From contig OZ024746.1 of the NCBI GenBank assembly GCA_964016885.1, positions 68,510,001 through 68,574,000 on the forward strand: DNA of 64,000 nt, written 5' to 3'. The notes below the pieces were generated by a model. That model worked only from the letters and a program-made list of their open reading frames with translations. It ran no database searches and was not told the DNA's origin. This stretch comes from Eledone cirrhosa (taxonomy: Eukaryota). Made by a program: the position numbers and the translations under genes. This document shows positions 1-12,526 of the stretch, one piece after another; positions within the stretch are counted from its first letter, which is position 1; every line of letters begins with the position of its first letter.

Positions 1-104
1 GGTGTACCTTGGACTGCATTATCTAATGTGGTCATTTTTTAAAATATTATTTTAGATCGTAGGCTGTGCTATGAGAGAGAATTGACTGCTATTTCTAGTG
101 TTAG

Positions 105-636
105 TGTAAAAAATTAGAAAGACCCGAATTCCCATGGGCTGAAGCTGAAGCATATAGACAATATGCCCCCATGCCCCTCCCGCTGTAAAGTGGTCGTGTA
201 GGTGTCACGACAAAAAGCACCCAGTCCACACTGTAAGTGGTCGTGTAGGTGTCATGACAAAAAGCCCCCAGTCCACACTGTAAAGTGGTCGTGTAGGTGT
301 CATGACAAAAAGCACCCAGTCCACACTGTAAAGTGGTCGTGTAGGTGTCATGACAAAAAGCACCCAGTCCACACTGTAAAGTGGTCGTGTAGGTGTCATG
401 ACAAAAAGCACCCAGTCCACACTGTAAAGTGGTTGTGTAGGCGCCACGGTAAAAGAGCACCTAGTACTCACTGTAAATGAGGTTGGTGTTAGGAAGGGCA
501 TCTAGCTGTAGAAACTGAGCCAAATCAGTCCTGTATGAGCAAGACAAGGTCACCTGACCTGGCATTGCCCATAACAGGACACCCCGTCTAACCCATGCTA
601 GCATGGAGACATCAATATAAAACAGTGATGATGATG
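105..636 (+). mobile_element. 3' end of an RTE-type LINE lineage with a tandemly amplified 48-bp unit in its 3' UTR
   Basis: About six 48-bp units (GTCGTGTAGGTGTCAYGACAAAAAGCACCCAGTCCACACTGTAAAGTG) at ~184-478, then GTTGGTGTTAGGAAGGGCATC, an RTE-like tail CCCGTCTAACCCATGCTAGCATGGA and a (GAT)n end. The 5' part resembles the copy at 47937-48298, which still carries the RTE ORF C-terminus. Confidence 0.75.
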
Positions 637-1049
637 AAAGAAAAAAGGGAAGAATGAAGGAAAAGGGAGTGAGAGAGAGAGAGAGAGAGAATGAAGGAAA
701 AGAAAATGGATATTGAGGAAGAAAACAGATGTAGAGAAGATATAGTAGATTTGTGACAGAAAATATAAAGCTTTGACAAAAAAAAACATGGAGATATGAA
801 AAGAGGAGAGAGAGAGTGAATGGAAGAAAGACAGAGAGAGAGTGAAATAGAGAGAGAGTGTGTGTGTGAATGAGAGAGAGAGAGAGAGAGTGTGTGTGTG
901 AATGAAAAAGAGAGAGAGTGTGTGTGTGTGTTTTGATGGCTGCCGGAAAGTTGTTAGAGTGACTATTTGGTTCAAACACGCACTTCTAGGCTTTGGATCC
1001 TTAGTTATACTTGTGCGGACACACAGAGACATGACATTAAGCTCTGGTT

Positions 1050-2080
1050 GACTGGTTGTGTGGTGGGTTGGTATAGTTGTGTGGTTGTGTGGTTGGTTGG
1101 TATAGTTGTGTGGTGGTGTGGTGGGTTAGTATAGTTGTATGGTTGTGTAGTGGGTTGGTATAGTTGTGTGGTTGTGTGGTGGGTTGGTATAGTTGTGTGG
1201 TTGTGTGGTTGGTTGGTATAGTTGTGTAGTGTTGCTATAGTTGTGTGGTGGTGTGGTGGGTTAGTATAGTTGTATGGTTGTGTAGTGGGTTGGTGTGGTT
1301 GTGTGGTGGATTGGTATAGTTGTGTGGTGTGGTTGTGTGGTTGTGTGGTGGTATAGTTGTGTGATGGTGTGGTGTGTGGTGGTATAGTTGTGTGGTTGTG
1401 TGGTGGGTTGGTATAGTTGTGTGGTGTGTTGGTATAGTTGTGTGGTGTGTTGGTATAGTTGTGTGGTTGTGTGGTGGGTTTGTATAGTTGTGTGGCGTGT
1501 TTATGTGGTTGTGTGGTGGTATAGTTGTGTGATGGTGTGGTGTGTGGTTGTGTGGTGGGTTGGTATAGTTGTGTGGTGTGTGGTGGTATGGTTGTGTGGT
1601 CGGTTGGTATAGTTGTGTGGTGTGTTTGTGTGGTTGTGTGGTGGTATAGTTGTGTGATGGTGTGGTGTGTGGTGGTATAGTTGTGTGGTTGTGTGGTGGG
1701 TTGGTATAGTTGTGTGGTGTGTGGTGGTATGGTTGTGTGGTGGTATAGTTGATTGGTTGTGTGGTGGTATAGTTGATTGGTTGTGTGGTGGTATAGTTGA
1801 GTGGTTGTGTGGTTGTGTGGTGGTACAGTTGAGTGGTTGTGTGGTGGTACAGTTGAGCGGTTGTGTGGTGGTATAGTTGAGTGGTTGTGTGATGCTCTAG
1901 TTCAGTGGTTGTGTGGTGGTATAGTTCAGTGGTTGTGTGGTGGTATAGTTCAGTGGCTGTGTGGTGGTATAGTTCAGTGGTTGTGTGGTGGTATAGTTCA
2001 GTGGTTGTGTGGTGGTATAGTTCAGTGGTTATGTGGTGGTATAGTTCAGTGGTTATGTGGTGCTATAGTTCAGTGGTTAG
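1050..2080. repeat. GT-rich minisatellite (~24-bp unit GTGGTTGTGTGGTGGTATAGTTCA and variants)
   Basis: Direct tandem repetition is visible; the unit drifts along the array. Confidence 0.95.
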
Positions 2081-2259
2081 TTGGTTGGCTGGCTGGTTTG
2101 TATGTATGTAACCTGTTCACAGACCATAGAAGTTGAATGGCTTTGCTCTTTGAACTTGGCCACCTTCATCACACACCTTTCTTCAGTAACCCAGGTAGCT
2201 AAAACACAGGTGATGGCAGTAAAATATGGGCGAAGGAGGGGCTGGACTGGAATGGAATA

Positions 2260-2630
2260 GGAAGGAGAGAGAGGGGGGTAGGGAGAGAGAGAAAAGTAGA
2301 GAGAGAGTGAAATGTAGAGAGAGAGTGAAAGGTAGAGAGAGAGAGAGAAAGGTAGAAAGAGAGAGAAAGGTAGAGAGAGAGAGAAAGGTAGAGAGAGAAA
2401 GGGGAGAGAGAGAGAAAGGAAGATGGTGGGAAAGAGAAAAAATGGAGAGAGAAAGGGAGAGATGGAGAGAAAAAGAGAGAAAGGGGAACAGAGAGAGAAA
2501 AAGAGAGAAAAGGGGAGAGAGAGAGAGAAAAAGAGAGAAAAGGGGAGAGAGAGAGAAAAAGAGAGAAAAGGGAAGAGAAAGAGAAAACGGGAGAGAAGGA
2601 GAGAGAAAAGGGAGAGAGAGAGAGAATGAA
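2260..2630. repeat. GA-rich low-complexity/microsatellite tract
   Basis: Nearly pure purine tract with GAGAGAAAAGGG units. Confidence 0.95.
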
Positions 2631-3125
2631 TCATAATAGTGCAGGTGTTATTAGACTGAACAACAACAAATGACATGGGGAAATGATGTCAAAACAAAAA
2701 AAAAGGTGGAAGTGAGGAACAATATATATATATTTTTTTTTTAAATAAGGTTCTTGGCTGAAACTGTAGATAGGGGTTCAATTTCAGTGAGGTTGAAATC
2801 TAGGGACAAACACGAATGAGATTAAAGTGAAGGAAAGGGTGCAGCTACTTGCTACAGTTGTGAGGTAAGTCATAATTTAGTATTACTGGAATTCCACAGA
2901 CACACAGTCACAGACCTCACAAATTTCCCATCTCCTTCATCACGATCATCATTATCAGGATCATGATCATCATCATCGTAATCATCATCATCATCATCGT
3001 AATCATCATCATCATCATTGAGTATTCACATGAGCATTCAAGATCAATTATCATCATCATCGTCATCTTCTCATACATCATCTTTCCATTTCTCTATTTC
3101 CTTCTTTCATTTGTTCTCTCTCTCT

Positions 3126-3177
<52 letters not shown>

Positions 3178-3539
3178 CTCATTTGTTCTTTCTCTTTCTC
3201 TTTCTCTCATTCTCATTTGTTCTTTCTCTCTTTCTCCCTCTGTCATTCCTCACCACACTATTTTACATCACACAAGCACACCATCTATCATATATACATA
3301 AGCACGCAAAAACAAAACATGACAGAGCATCTATGTGGTGTTTCTAGCTGCTAGAAATAGTAGCCAAATCTCTCTTGGATCACACCCTACTATCTGAAAT
3401 AAGAAAAGGACATATTAGATAATATATTCCTACATATGAAGACAGGATAGTCATGATTAGGAGGTCTTTGATCATATGGTTACTCAGTTGTGGTCAGCTT
3501 GGGGCTAAACAAAAGCATCAACAAAGCAGCCGATTTAAC

Positions 3540-3782
3540 ACACACAAACACACACAACATACACACACAACATACACACACACTCAACATGTCACACACA
3601 CAACATGACACACACAACACAGAAACACAACACAACGCAGACACATAACATGACACATAACACAACACACACACACACCACACACAACATGACACATACA
3701 CACAACATGACACACACACATGATACACACTCACACACACATGACACACACACACACACACACACATCACACACACACACAC

Positions 3783-3829
<47 letters not shown>

Positions 3830-5240
3830 TTACATAAAATGAAACAAACGCATAAACTGGCACACAAACTGAGAACCACACACACACACACATGCATACA
3901 CAAACACAAACTGATACACACACACACTAACACAAACACACACCAATACGTTCACACAAACATACACTGAGGCAGGCATATAGATCATATACACACACAG
4001 ACAAACAGAGGCACTTTCACACACACACACAGATATACCAATACACACACACATGTACCAACACCCACACAGATATACCAATACACACACACATGTACCA
4101 ACACCCACACAGCAACACATACAAACAGATATACCAATACATACCAACACACACACAGCAATACATACACACAGATATACCAATACATACCAATACACAC
4201 ACACGTATACCAACACACACACAGATATACCAATACATACCAATACACACACACACAGCAACACATACAAACAGGTATACCAATACATACCAACACACAC
4301 ACAGATATACCAATACATACCAATACACTCACACACAGCAATACACACACACAGATATACCAATACATACCAACACATACACAGCAATACACACACACAG
4401 ATATACCAATACATACCAACACACACACAGCAATACATACACACAGATATACCAATACATACCAACACACACACAGCAATACATACACACAGATATACCA
4501 ATACATACCAACACACACACAGCAATACATACACACAGATATACCAATACATACCAACACACACACAGCAACACATACAAACAGATATACCAATACATAC
4601 CAACACACACACAGCAACACATACAAACAGATATACCAATACATACCAACACACACACAGCAACACATACAAACAGATATACCAATACATACCAATACAC
4701 ACACAGCAACACATACAAACAGATATACCAATACATACCAACACACACACAGCAATACACACACACAGATATACCAATACATACCAATACACACACAGCA
4801 ATACATACAAACAGATATACCAATACATACCAACACACACACAGCAACACATACAAACAGATATACCAATACATACCAACACACACACAGCAATACATAC
4901 AAACAGATATACCAATACATACCAACACACACACAGCAATACACACACACAGATATACCAATACATACCAACACATACACAGCAATACATACAAACAGAT
5001 ATACCAATACATACCAACACACACACAGCAATACACACACACAGATATACCAATACATACCAACACACACACAGCAATACATACACACAGATATACCAAT
5101 ACATACCAATACACACACACGTATACCAACACACACACACAAATACATACCAATACATACATGAATGCACACATACACACACATATACCAATACACAAAC
5201 ACATATACCAATACACACACACATACATGCACACACAGAG
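3540..5240. repeat. CA-rich compound microsatellite grading into a ~48-bp minisatellite (ACAGATATACCAATACATACCAACACACACACAGCAATACATACAC)
   Basis: Regular tandem units from ~4030 to 5110. Explains the 300-470 aa V/C/Y and T/H ORFs. Confidence 0.95.
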
Positions 5241-5484
5241 AGTCAATGTTTATAATTCAGGCCATTGTCCACAGGAATGCTTTTGCTATCTTGTCCGTGG
5301 GGAGCAGCACTTCTACCCCCTTGCCCTAGGCCCAAAACCCAATTACCCCTCTCCCTTCACCCCTCCCTCTCTTCTGTGACATCAGAGTTCTTGCCACCCC
5401 CTCCCGTTCCTATTTTTCCTTTCTTTTTCTCTTTTTTCTCTATATTTCCCATTTCCTTTTGTTTTTGCCATTATTATAGTTGTC

Positions 5485-5851
5485 ATTGGCAGTATCGGTA
5501 GAGTGTCAGGCACCCTGGTTCGCAGCACAGAGTTACGTCCCTTTATGGTCTGAGTTCAAGTCCTGCCGAGGTTAACTTTGCCTTTCATCTTTACAGGGGT
5601 CGATAAAATGAAATACCAGTAATGCACTGGGATAATTGCTGGCCTTGTGCCAAAAGTAGAAACAATTATTTTTTGCAGCACAGAGTTATGGCCCTTTACA
5701 GTTGGAGTTCAAATCCCGCCGATGTTAAATTTGCTTTTCATCCTTACGGGGGTCGATAAAACAAAGTACCAGTAATGTACTGGGATAATTGCTGGCCTTG
5801 TGCAAAAAGTAGAAACAATTATGTTTTGCAGCATAGAGTTATGGCTCTTTA
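5485..5851 (+). mobile_element. tRNA-derived SINE (Meta/MESC-like core), one near-complete copy plus tandem partial copies
   Basis: A-box-like TGGCAGTATCGG, B-box-like GAGTTCAAGTCC, core CTTTGCCTTTCATC...GGGGTCGATAAAA..AGTACCAG, tail GCTGGCCTTGTGCCAAAAGTAGAAACAATTAT. Many similar copies occur in the window. Confidence 0.85.
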
Positions 5852-6398
5852 TGGTGTTGGTGATAGTGTTGCTGTTGTTGCTGTTGGTGCTAGTGGTGGT
5901 GGCGGTATTGGTGGTGGTGATGGTGTTGTTGTTTAGCTCCAGCCCAACCTTTCTGGAGTAGATCAATAATCAGAAGCATTCCAGCCATGACCAGATTTTT
6001 TTCAGACATCCATGCCTGCATTATACCCAATGTGTCTTTCCTGTTTTAAGATTGGGGTGTGTGATTTGAGGGAAATTTGGCTGCTATTTCTACCAGGCCA
6101 AACAACCACATTCTATGCTCCCTCATATTCTCAAATAGTGATTCAATAGTATATCAGACTTTCATTGTAGTTGGTAATAAATGTTGTCATTGTTGGTGTC
6201 GTAGTTATTGATGACAGAGGCAATGTATGTCCCATATAATATAAGCTATAGTATCTTGTATATAATTACGATTCTGTTGAAGAGAAGGTGGTTGTTATTG
6301 TTGGTTCTTGTTTTGCCCCAGGTTAGCCATATTCCAACATAGTAATTATGGTCAATGGCATTTCACACTTAGTCTTTCAAGCATAATGTACCTAAGGC

Positions 6399-6562
6399 AG
6401 TGATTTTAAAAGTGAAATGAATCCCCCACAAATATTCTGGAAAGCAATTTTTCTAAGTTTTACATAATTCTTTTAACACTATAACATGGAAGATGATTGA
6501 AGGGAGATTAACCTTTTTTGTTCCATGTCGTACCACACCTCAAAAAATGTTAAGAACCACTG
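6399..6562. mobile_element. Degenerate hAT (Charlie/Buster-type) MITE
   Basis: Termini CAGTGATTTTAAA ... GTTAAGAACCACTG; the right end matches the terminus next to the hAT transposase fragment at ~57690. Confidence 0.5.
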
Positions 6563-6784
6563 ATTTAGGACTAACTAAAGTAACCAAGCTGTCAGTTTAA
6601 CCATACCTTATAAACCTTATAAACAAATGTAAATATATTTTGTTATTTTCATTGGACTTAGAAAAGTATATATGAAATTATAATATCAAACTCTTGTAGC
6701 TGCATTAAATTTACCTTAGATTTTCTAGTAGTACATGCTGTGTTGCACATAAATATTTATGATTTGATTATATCACCAAAAAGT

Positions 6785-6916
6785 GCCACTGAACTATACC
6801 ACTACACAACTACTGAACTATACCACCACACAACCACACCACCACTGAACTATACCACCACACAACCACTAAACTATACCACTACACAACCACACAACTG
6901 TACCACCACACAACCA
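6785..6916. repeat. Short array of the same minisatellite as 1050-2080, in reverse orientation
   Basis: CACTGAACTATACCACCACACAAC is the reverse complement of the 1900-2070 unit. Confidence 0.85.
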
Positions 6917-7897
6917 TATAAATTAGACTGTATATGGGAAATAGTAATTATTGCATGGGACTCAAACTCAAGGACTCATAAGGGCCATTATGTCCTGGGG
7001 AAGAGACACAGTGGGCCAAAAGGGAAATGAGGTGGAAGAGGGCATGATTTCCAGCAGTTATAATGCTAACCTGCAATACAGCTAATGGGTTGCTATTTAT
7101 TTATTACTAGCGGTCACCCAGCCTTCGCCCTGGTCTGTACTGTACTCAAATCTAGTCATAAGGCACCTATTGTCATCTATCATAATGCCCATTTTTCTTA
7201 AAATAAAGGATGTTAAAAGGTATTTAAATATTGCATAACATACTTTTTTTAAACATATTTAGAATATCTAATTACAGAAAGTAATAAAGAAATTAATAGA
7301 AAAATGTATTCTACAAAAATTATATGAAGTTTATAGGGGCTTCCTACTCTGGAACAACCTACATACAATTGACCATGTGAGAAACATCCTGTGAGAAACT
7401 AACTGGGGTTTCAAATTCTCTTGGTTCATGGTGAGAATGTGGCTATCTGTTTAGGATACAATTTGATTGGTTGAAGATGATCACGTGATTAGGTATAAAA
7501 CATTGTTACTTCTCCTTATATCCGTGTATTAACGAAAAACAAACAAAATTCTATGCGTGATCACGTGATAATCCTCAAACAATCAACCTCTATATTAAAC
7601 ATATAGCAATTTTAGCTACATTTTCTTCATAAAACAAGGGAAATTTCACTCCTCCCAGAGACGTGAAATTAGGACGAAGCTCCTCATTTTACCTTGTCAC
7701 TTTGGAAATCATTAAAAAGTTGTGAAACCAGTAAAATGAGTTATTGTAAAAAAAAGTCTTCCTCAAAGCTCTAAAGTGCATTTTCAACTTCTTTTCTTTA
7801 TATTTCTGCGTGGAATGGAAAATTCTTTTTCCTATATATATATATATTTAATTCTTTGCTTTTTCTTCAGAAATACTTTATATATATATATATATAT

Positions 7898-9655
7898 ATC
7901 ATCATCATCATCATCATCATCATCAGGTTTAGCGTCCGTGTTCCACGCTTGCATGGGTTTGGACGGGGGTTTTCCCACTTGAGGCAAGAGTGGTTGTCTT
8001 GCTCGCATAGGACTGTCTGGCGGGTTTTCTACAGTTGGATGCCCTTTCTAACACCAACCACATTTACAGTGTGGGGCTGGGAGGTTTTTACCGTGTTGCC
8101 TACACGGCCACATTACAGCGTGGACTGTCTGGCGGGTTTTCTACAGCTGGATGCCCTTCCTAACACCAACCACATTTACAGTGTGGGGCTGGGAGGTTTT
8201 TACCGTGTTGCCTACACGGCCACATTTACAGCGTGGACTGTGTGTTTTTTTGTCGTGACACCTACACGATCTCATTTGTTTCGGCCTGGATGTTGTGGGA
8301 CCAACATAACTTTACATTGAAAGGGGCGGTGTGGATGGGGTGGAGGTGGTGGGACCGGGGGGTGTTTTGATAGAGATGCCTACTGACTGTAGTAGGTTTT
8401 TACTTTGTATTTAGGTAAGGCGGGTCTTCTCTATTACTGAGTACCGCCAAAGGTCTCGGTCCAGTGACATTGTCTTGGAGAGGTGTAAGCGTGTGAGGTC
8501 GGAATTTATCAGCTCGTCCCATGTTTTTCTGGGTCTGCCTACTCCGTGGCTACCGTCTATCTTTATTGCCCTGCACTTTGTTATACAGCTGTCGTCTTTC
8601 ATGCGCATCACGTGACCGTACCAACGTAGCCTTCTCTCGAGTAAACAACATCTGATCCCTCTTATTTCTAATTTTTTTTCTTAGTTCGTTTATGCTTTGC
8701 CGTTCACGTATATTACTATTGCACATCCAGCGGAGCATGCAAGCTTCGTTCCTCTCTAGTCTGCGTATATCCTCTGCACACAATGCCCAGGTCTCACTGC
8801 CATGCAGCATTGCTGTTCGTATGCAGGCATCGTATAACCTGCCTTTCATTTTTAGGGAGAACCCTCTAGCGGCTAATAGTGGTATAAGCTCTCTGAACTT
8901 TTTCCATCCAGTTCTGACTCTAGCTACTGTACTTTCAGAGCACCCTCCCCCACTGCTGATTTTGTCACCCAGGTAACGGAAGCTGTCCACTATTTCTATA
9001 GAACCCTCTGCGCAGTTGAAGGAGCTAGTATTTTTGGGCACTTGCTGCTACTTATTGCACCAGAGCACCGGCCACATGTAAAATCTATGTTCTTAGTTAG
9101 CTTACCTGTGATCCCACTACATCTTTTATGTACCCATACTTTGCATCTGGGACATAAAATGGAGTTTCTACCTACGCCTTTCCTACACACTGAGCATGGC
9201 CATTTCCCAGATGGGACTGCCGCTTTATTTTCTTTCCTACAAACTAGAACTTTAGTCTTAGCCAGGTTAATTTTAAGGCCTTTTGATTCTAGGCCGTGCT
9301 TCCATGTTTGGAATTTCTTCTCTAGTTCGGTCATTGATTCAGCTATGAGCGTTAGATCATCTGCGTATAGGAGTTCCCATGGGCAGCCGGTCTTGAACTC
9401 CTCTGTTATAGCCTGAAGGGCAATAATAAATAGTAGGGGGCTAAGAACAGAGCCCTGATGGACACCAACTTTTACGCTAAACTCTTCACTATATTCGTTG
9501 TTAATTCTAACCTTACTGACTGTTTCTTTATACATGGCTTGTATAACTCTCACAAGCCATTCGTCAACACCTAGTTTTCTAAGAGACCACCAGATAATGG
9601 AACGGGGGGACTCTGTCGAAGGCTTTCTCCAAGTCGACGAAAGCTAAGTATAGGG

Positions 9656-9660
<5 letters not shown>
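7898..9660 (-). mobile_element. 5'-truncated, frameshifted RTE LINE with a long structured 3' UTR
   Basis: ORF pieces 8996-9553 (HQGSVLSP, YADD, Cys cluster), 8550-9041 (FRYLG, ETW) and 8411-8611 (GRPRKTW). 3' UTR holds repeated units and a (GAT)n tail; (TA)n on both sides. Confidence 0.92.
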
Positions 9661-9687
<27 letters not shown>

Positions 9688-9720
9688 AGAATGAAACAGT
9701 TCTAGTCCTGTAAAATATCA

Positions 9721-9759
<39 letters not shown>

Positions 9760-11107
9760 AAAAATAACCAAAGATTTCACTTAATTTAAAACGTATTTTT
9801 CTATAATTGTTTCAATTAATGAGGATAAAATTACAATTAATTAATAATTCAATTGTTAATTAATTATATTAGGGGAGTGATAATCATAAAGATTACAGAC
9901 CTGTCAACTCTCTCTGTCCCACGGGGAGATCTCCCACCCACTCTGGGATGGGTGAGAGATGTCTTTTCTTATGAAAATGGGTATAGCTTTCATAATGTAA
10001 AATCTCTCCATTACGCCTCATTTCTCCCCACTTGGGTTTTTAGAGGTTGGCATGTCTGAGATTATCCACCGATTCCTCCTCCAAGAAAAACAATGGATTA
10101 AAGATGAAATGTCCCTTTGATTATTTTGGCTTGCCTCATTGCTGATGGTAATAACACATCTTGATAAAAATTCCTTTTGTATATGCATGTATGTATGTAT
10201 ATATATATATATATATATAGTTAAAACAGAAAACAAAAACAATAGTGAAGAGTCCAGTACAAAGTGTTGTGTGTGTGTGTGTGTGTACAGGGTGAGTCAT
10301 AAGTAAGTGGGAAATCCAACATGATAATATAAAAATTCTAATCATACAGTACAAAATTATAAATACATCAATCTAAAGTAGTTAAAAATAAATATAACAT
10401 GGCTGATCACAGACAAATAAGTTGAGGTTCAAAAAGTTAACTGTGAACCTTGCAATAAAAATGCAAGGTATGTATTTGTTTTTTGCAAGATACTTCATGT
10501 GAAATCGTTAGTTGAAACAAATACTGTACCTTATTTTCCTGTGTATGATATGAGCTATTGTCAACTAACATTTTCAGAAATTTTTTTACTGAGCTTAAAA
10601 TTACACATTTCAAATGATTGTAAATACATGTTGTTAACAATTGTTTACACAGTATTTGATTTATGGATGATATTTCGATATTTGTTATTTGTGAACCAGC
10701 AAAATTGAATGTCATTCATCACAAAGACAGGAAATTGATAAAATAAATTAATAAAAGGGAGTGCATGAGATCTGATATTTTATATTCTTTAATGTAATGA
10801 GAAAATGAATAATGTAATTGAATATATGGGTGAGATGGAAATTTTATTGGATAACATGTTACAAGTTTACAAAACAATAAATATAGATATGACTGTACTC
10901 TGGGGTTGTATGAAACACAGAGATGTAATTTATTCCTGTTTTGTAGCTTTAAAAACAGGAGTTATGTTATTGACAAAGAAATACAGTAATCTGGGAGGTT
11001 CATACTGTCAAAAAACACATGCACTGGTTGAGTTTCACTTCAGTTTTATTAATTACATAATTAATCCACCAATCAGTTGATTTATTATTTAATTAATTGT
11101 CAAAGTG

Positions 11108-11430
11108 AAGATGCATGGCTTTGTGGTTAAAGAATTTGGCTCACAATTGTAAGCTCTTGCACTCAATTCTTGGCGGCGCATTGTGTCTTTGAGCAAGATA
11201 CTTTATTTCATGTTGCTCCAGTCCACTCAGCTAGCAAAAATGACTTGTGCCTATAATTCAAAGGGTCAGCCTTGTCACGTTTGGTGTCACATTGAATCTC
11301 CCTGAGAACTACATTAACGGAACACATGTCTGTGGAATGCTCAGCCACTTGCACATTAATTTCAATAGTAGGCTGTTCCGTTGATCAGATCAATTGGAAC
11401 ACTTGTCGCAGTAACCGATGGAGTGTCAGT
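11108..11430 (+). mobile_element. Second tRNA-derived SINE family (older)
   Basis: tRNA-like head (GCATGGCTTTGTGGTTAAAG), TTGAGCAAGATACTTTATTTCA core, GAATCTCCCTGAGAACTACATTAA body. Related copies at ~38225-38560, ~44970-45705 and ~58250-58580. Confidence 0.7.
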
Positions 11431-11728
11431 TATAGGTAGATTGTCAAAGTTCTGTCATCACAATCTGTGATCTTATCCATGACTATTGCTCTCTATAAAT
11501 CCTCATCATCCATACTTGCTCTATATTTTCCATTTGTCTTCTTCTTTCAGGACCTCACAGCAGAGGTGTGGTATATATATATACACACCTCACCTCTGCA
11601 CTATAAGTAACTGAGACTTCATCAAAAATAATTTATTTACAAAATCTGTAAGACTATTGTTTTTCATGTTATATGACACAAAACTGTTTATATTTATCTA
11701 AAAACATTTCATTATAATATAAAAGTAC

Positions 11729-12353
11729 CCGAGTTCAAATCCCGCCGAGGTTCACTTTGCCTTTCATCCTTACGGGGTCGATAAAATAAAGTACCAGTAA
11801 TGCACTGGTTAATTGCTGGCCTTGTGCCTAAAGTAGAAACAATTATAATATAAAAGTACCAGTAATGTACTGGGTAATTGCTGGCATTGTGCCAAAAAGT
11901 AGAAACAATTATAATATAAATAAGGGTAGTGGATTGGCAGTATCGGTAGAGGGTCGGACGCAATGCTTTGACGCATAGAGTTACGGCCCTTGCCATTCTG
12001 AATTCAAATCCCACTGAGGTTAACTTTGCCTTTCATCCTTATGGGGGTCGATAAAATAAAGTACCAGTAATACACTGAGTAATTGCTGGCCTTGTGCCAA
12101 AAGTAGAAACAATTATAATATAAATCAGAACCTTTGTTAGATTATATTCCAAACACAAGGTTAATAATTGTTTCTACTTTTGGCACAAGGCCAGCAATTA
12201 CCCCCAGTACATTACTGGTACTTTATTTTATCGACTCCAAAAGGATGAAAGGTAAAGTTAACCTTGGCGGGATTTGAACTCAGGCCGTAAAGGTCCGTAA
12301 CTCTATGCTGCTAAGCATGACATCCAACCCTCTTCCGATACTGCAAATCCACC
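11729..12353. mobile_element. Cluster of Meta-like SINEs: three plus-strand copies (11729-12117) and one minus-strand copy (12163-12353)
   Basis: Repeated SINE core and tail motifs; the last copy is inverted. Confidence 0.88.
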
Positions 12354-12478
12354 GAATGAGAGAGTTATATTACTGAATCGCTCCAAATTCTTGATTATTT
12401 AAAAATAATCATTTGAAAATCATAGTTAAAGTAAGAATCAGGTATGATTTTCTTTTTCTAAACACAAAAAGTAAATGT

Positions 12479-12526
<48 letters not shown>

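Noticed and set aside
430-465. Pistol ribozyme (resemblance to GCCACG..AAA with a loop pseudoknot)
   Set aside because: Only the P1/pseudoknot topology is similar; P2/P3 and the conserved cleavage-site elements are missing.
184-478. CRISPR-like array of regular repeats
   Set aside because: No unique spacers, no cas genes, eukaryotic retroposon context; it is a tandem repeat.
2750-2864. Possible exon ending at GAG|GTAAGT
   Set aside because: Good donor, but all three frames contain stops and the acceptor is weak; could only be non-coding.
3480-5379. Long 300-470 aa ORFs
   Set aside because: Stop-free translations of CA-rich satellite on both strands.
9757-10180. Possible Penelope-like terminal repeat between TA tracts (GAAACAATTATA on the minus strand, AT palindrome)
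   Set aside because: No CTGANGA core or coding remnant found; cannot support a family call.
11558-11600. miRNA-like hairpin GCAGAGGTG...CACCTCTGC
   Set aside because: Short, bulged and centred on a TA microsatellite; too weak.
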